From Sarea resinae (lineage: Eukaryota): a stretch of 64,000 nucleotides of DNA. Positions 61,522 to 64,000 of this stretch are shown here, in pieces. The position numbers and the translations under genes are program-made. The notes beneath the pieces are model-generated. The model did not search any database. It was not told the DNA's origin and saw only the letters and a program-made list of their open reading frames with translations. Within the stretch, counting starts at the first letter, position 1. Each line of letters begins with the position of its first letter. The stretch spans positions 1 through 64,000 of the forward strand of contig JAPEUD010000094.1 in assembly GCA_026026165.1 (NCBI GenBank), in the 5' to 3' direction.

Positions 61522-64000
61522 CCTCTACTCTCTCTTTTTCTTAGAAACTGCTAGGCAGTCTAGTAGTTTCTAATAACCTAGCTTATTATAGCTAGCAGTA
61601 AATAACTACTCTAGCTGCAAAGCGATAACAGCGCAGCAGCATATAGGCTTAAAGAGCTTCTATATTCTTAGCAGTGATTTTATTGTTGTTGTCTGCTGCT
61701 TCACTATTAATTAGTGTTCCTTGTAAAGCTAGCGTGTTAGGGCTCTATAGAGTGCGTAGCGATTAAGGGGTTTGCAGAGTATAAGGGGTAGCTAGACGTT
61801 CAACTTAATTAGAGCTGCTAGGCAGTAGTAAAGAGGCTTTAGAGTCTATCTTAGGCTGAATTCGTTAAACAAACAGCTTTAACCTGTTGCTATAAACTGT
61901 CCTAGCTAGAGAACTACTATCTAGCTCTTCTAACTTATGTGTTCCTTAATCTAGGTTAACCCACGTGACACAGTATAGTCCTATCTATTAAAAGGCGAGT
62001 TTAGACGTATAATTATTATTAAGTTTAGTATTATAAAGCAAGACTATATTTCTAATAGCGAACAGCGTTTAGCAAAGCTAGTGCAAGTCATTAAATAACT
62101 CTTTGTTTTCCTGCCTAATCCTTTATAGGTGTAGTTATATGTTCTCTAAGTCCTTTGTATAGCGTTCTAGTTGTTAAGCTTAAAGAGCTAAGAGATTAGT
62201 AGTGCTACGCACTAAACCCTAATCTAGTATATGCTATATAGGAAGTCTAAGTTTAATAAAAAGGACAGTATTATAGCTATATAAAACTTTGTATAGTGTT
62301 TTGCTAGTGCTAGCACAAACAGTTGTTTGATCTGCCTATAAGACTATAGGAAGGTGTTTAACCTAATTGTTTCTGCTACCTTCTGTTAATTTAGATAAAG
62401 CATTAACAATAGAGGTATAGCCTCTTTCTATAAGTCTATTTGCTTAAGAGTGATAAGCAGAGACAACTACATAATTAATCTTGTACTTTTCAGCGAGAAT
62501 TTCTACAGCGCGTTTATTCTCTAGACCTTTATCTGTAATAAGCTTTTAGAAACATCTGTATTAACAGATAATATTCTCTTAGAGGAACTTTGCAACTAAT
62601 TCTAAGGTTGTATTAGTTAGCGCTCTTGCTTTAACCTATCTAGAGAAATCATTGTAAGCGACTATAATATTTTTCTTCTGATTACACTGCAGCATATAAA
62701 TCATGTCTAGTCTGACTTTCTTAAAGTATATAAAGGACTATATAGAGTGTAAAGCTTCTTCTTACTAATTTAGCTTCCTCTATTAACATTCTACACAGCT
62801 ATAAACATACTGTGCAATCTTAGAGAATAGCTTAAGCCACTAGTATTTATCTGCAATTCTTTAGTAGGTTCCTTCCTAGCCTCTATATCTACTATTATTA
62901 TGCGCTTCTTTAAGGACTTGCTGCTAATCTTGTTCTTTATCTATAACTCTTTAGAGAGGCATGTTTTTTAAGGCTCTTTTAAACAGATAATAGTTGTGTA
63001 CAAGAAATTTAACTGTATAGTTCTTAAAGTGTCGAAATTCCTTGCTATCTATATCTTCTAGACAGTCTAGATATATTAGCTAGCGCGCGATCTGTTCTAA
63101 TTCTTTAGAGTAGAGCCCCTTTTTAAGGATAGATCTAGTATCTCTTTCTACTAATATAGGAAAAACTCTTACAGGATACAGCTTAGCATTAATAACATTG
63201 TTAATATTAGGCTTATTCTCTATCTCTACAAGGTCCTTTGCTGTAGCAGGTCGTTATAATAAGCTATCTGCAGCTCTGTGTTTCTATCTTAGAATATAGC
63301 AAACAGTGAAATTAAACAGTTGTATCTAGGCTAGCTACTGTGTCACTAGCGCTCTAGAGAGGTCTAATACAGGCATGTTAAGCTAGGCTACTAGGGTATT
63401 AGCGTCAGATTTAACTGTAAATGCTTGTCTATATAAATAGACTTAGACCTTCTTAAGAGCTTTAAGTAGGCCTTAACATTCTTGCTTTCTAGCATTGTAT
63501 TTTGTTTCTATATTATTCTATAGCCTACTTTTAAAGCAAATTAGATGTTGTTTTCTAGTGTAGAGGTTGATTTGCATAAGCACTACTCCTTAGCCTAATA
63601 GGCTTATGTTAACAGCTAGAATAATCTCTTCTCTATCTAGTTTATAGACTATAGTAATAAGGGCAGGTGCTGTTATTAGAGTATACTTAAGCAGGTCTAT
63701 TGCAAGGATCTAATCCTATCCCTAGATAAAATCAGCATCTTTCTTAAAAAGGATAAAAATTAGCCTGGCTATAATCGCGAAGTCCTTAATAAAGATCTAG
63801 TAGTAGACGCAAATCCTAATAAAGGCATATACCTCTGTAATATTTTTGCATTCTAGCTATTCCACAATTTTTAGGACTTTTATGCTATTAGAGTGCCTGC
63901 TATCTAAGTTGTATATGTATCTAACTATTTTTATACCGCCTATGCTAAATTGTGACTTTTTACTAGACACTATGTATCCTAATCGTTTAATGTCAGCTAG
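61522..64000 (-). mobile_element. RIP-inactivated Ty3/Gypsy retrotransposon pol, non-chromoviral type (element 2), truncated by window end
   Basis: With RIP reversed: RT end LADIERSG.TVSGEKSQF...GRHPD..KVLKIVEWP, RNase H ILAVDAS..GWG and KRECRGLLKALKK, integrase EEALHPTW, DDFSGWVEARAL, AYHPQANGLIERGH, W.GPY, GTVHGNRLKLF at ~61870-61900. No chromodomain seen. Confidence 0.92.

Noticed and set aside
1..64000. CRISPR arrays, rRNA genes, telomeric repeats, Starship captain recombinase
   Set aside because: None seen. The repeats are simple tandem arrays without spacers, and no tyrosine recombinase motif was recognised.

Overview
Filamentous ascomycete (Pezizomycotina) genomic DNA with spliceosomal GT-AG introns. 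About 0.6-46 kb is a gene-rich core region: bZIP factor, SWIM zinc-finger protein, a small conserved protein, trehalose-6-phosphate synthase/phosphatase regulatory subunit (TPS3/TSL1-like), PXR1, a 3-exon coiled-coil gene only partly visible in the ORF track, a Zn2Cys6 factor next to an intronless NmrA/SDR oxidoreductase, synaptojanin-like INP53, two hypothetical genes, EMC2 and AP-3 delta (APL5). A microsatellite-dense intergenic tract lies at 5.8-8.0 kb. From 46.2 kb the sequence turns repeat-derived: a short RIP-mutated patch, then a membrane-protein gene and a secreted SGNH hydrolase gene, then from 50.4 kb a RIP-destroyed nest of LTR retrotransposons invisible to the ORF track. Hand translation with RIP reversed resolves (i) a plus-strand chromoviral Ty3/Gypsy element (5' LTR, gag, pol, chromodomain), (ii) a ~1070-codon antisense ORF behind its pol that carries a PhyH-like 2-oxoglutarate/Fe(II) dioxygenase signature and is interrupted by a solo LTR, and (iii) a second, minus-strand Ty3/Gypsy element running out of the window. 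The retrotransposon-associated dioxygenase gene is the best candidate for an undescribed system. All translations of RIP DNA and all exon boundaries were done by eye; family assignments rest on motif recognition, not database searches.
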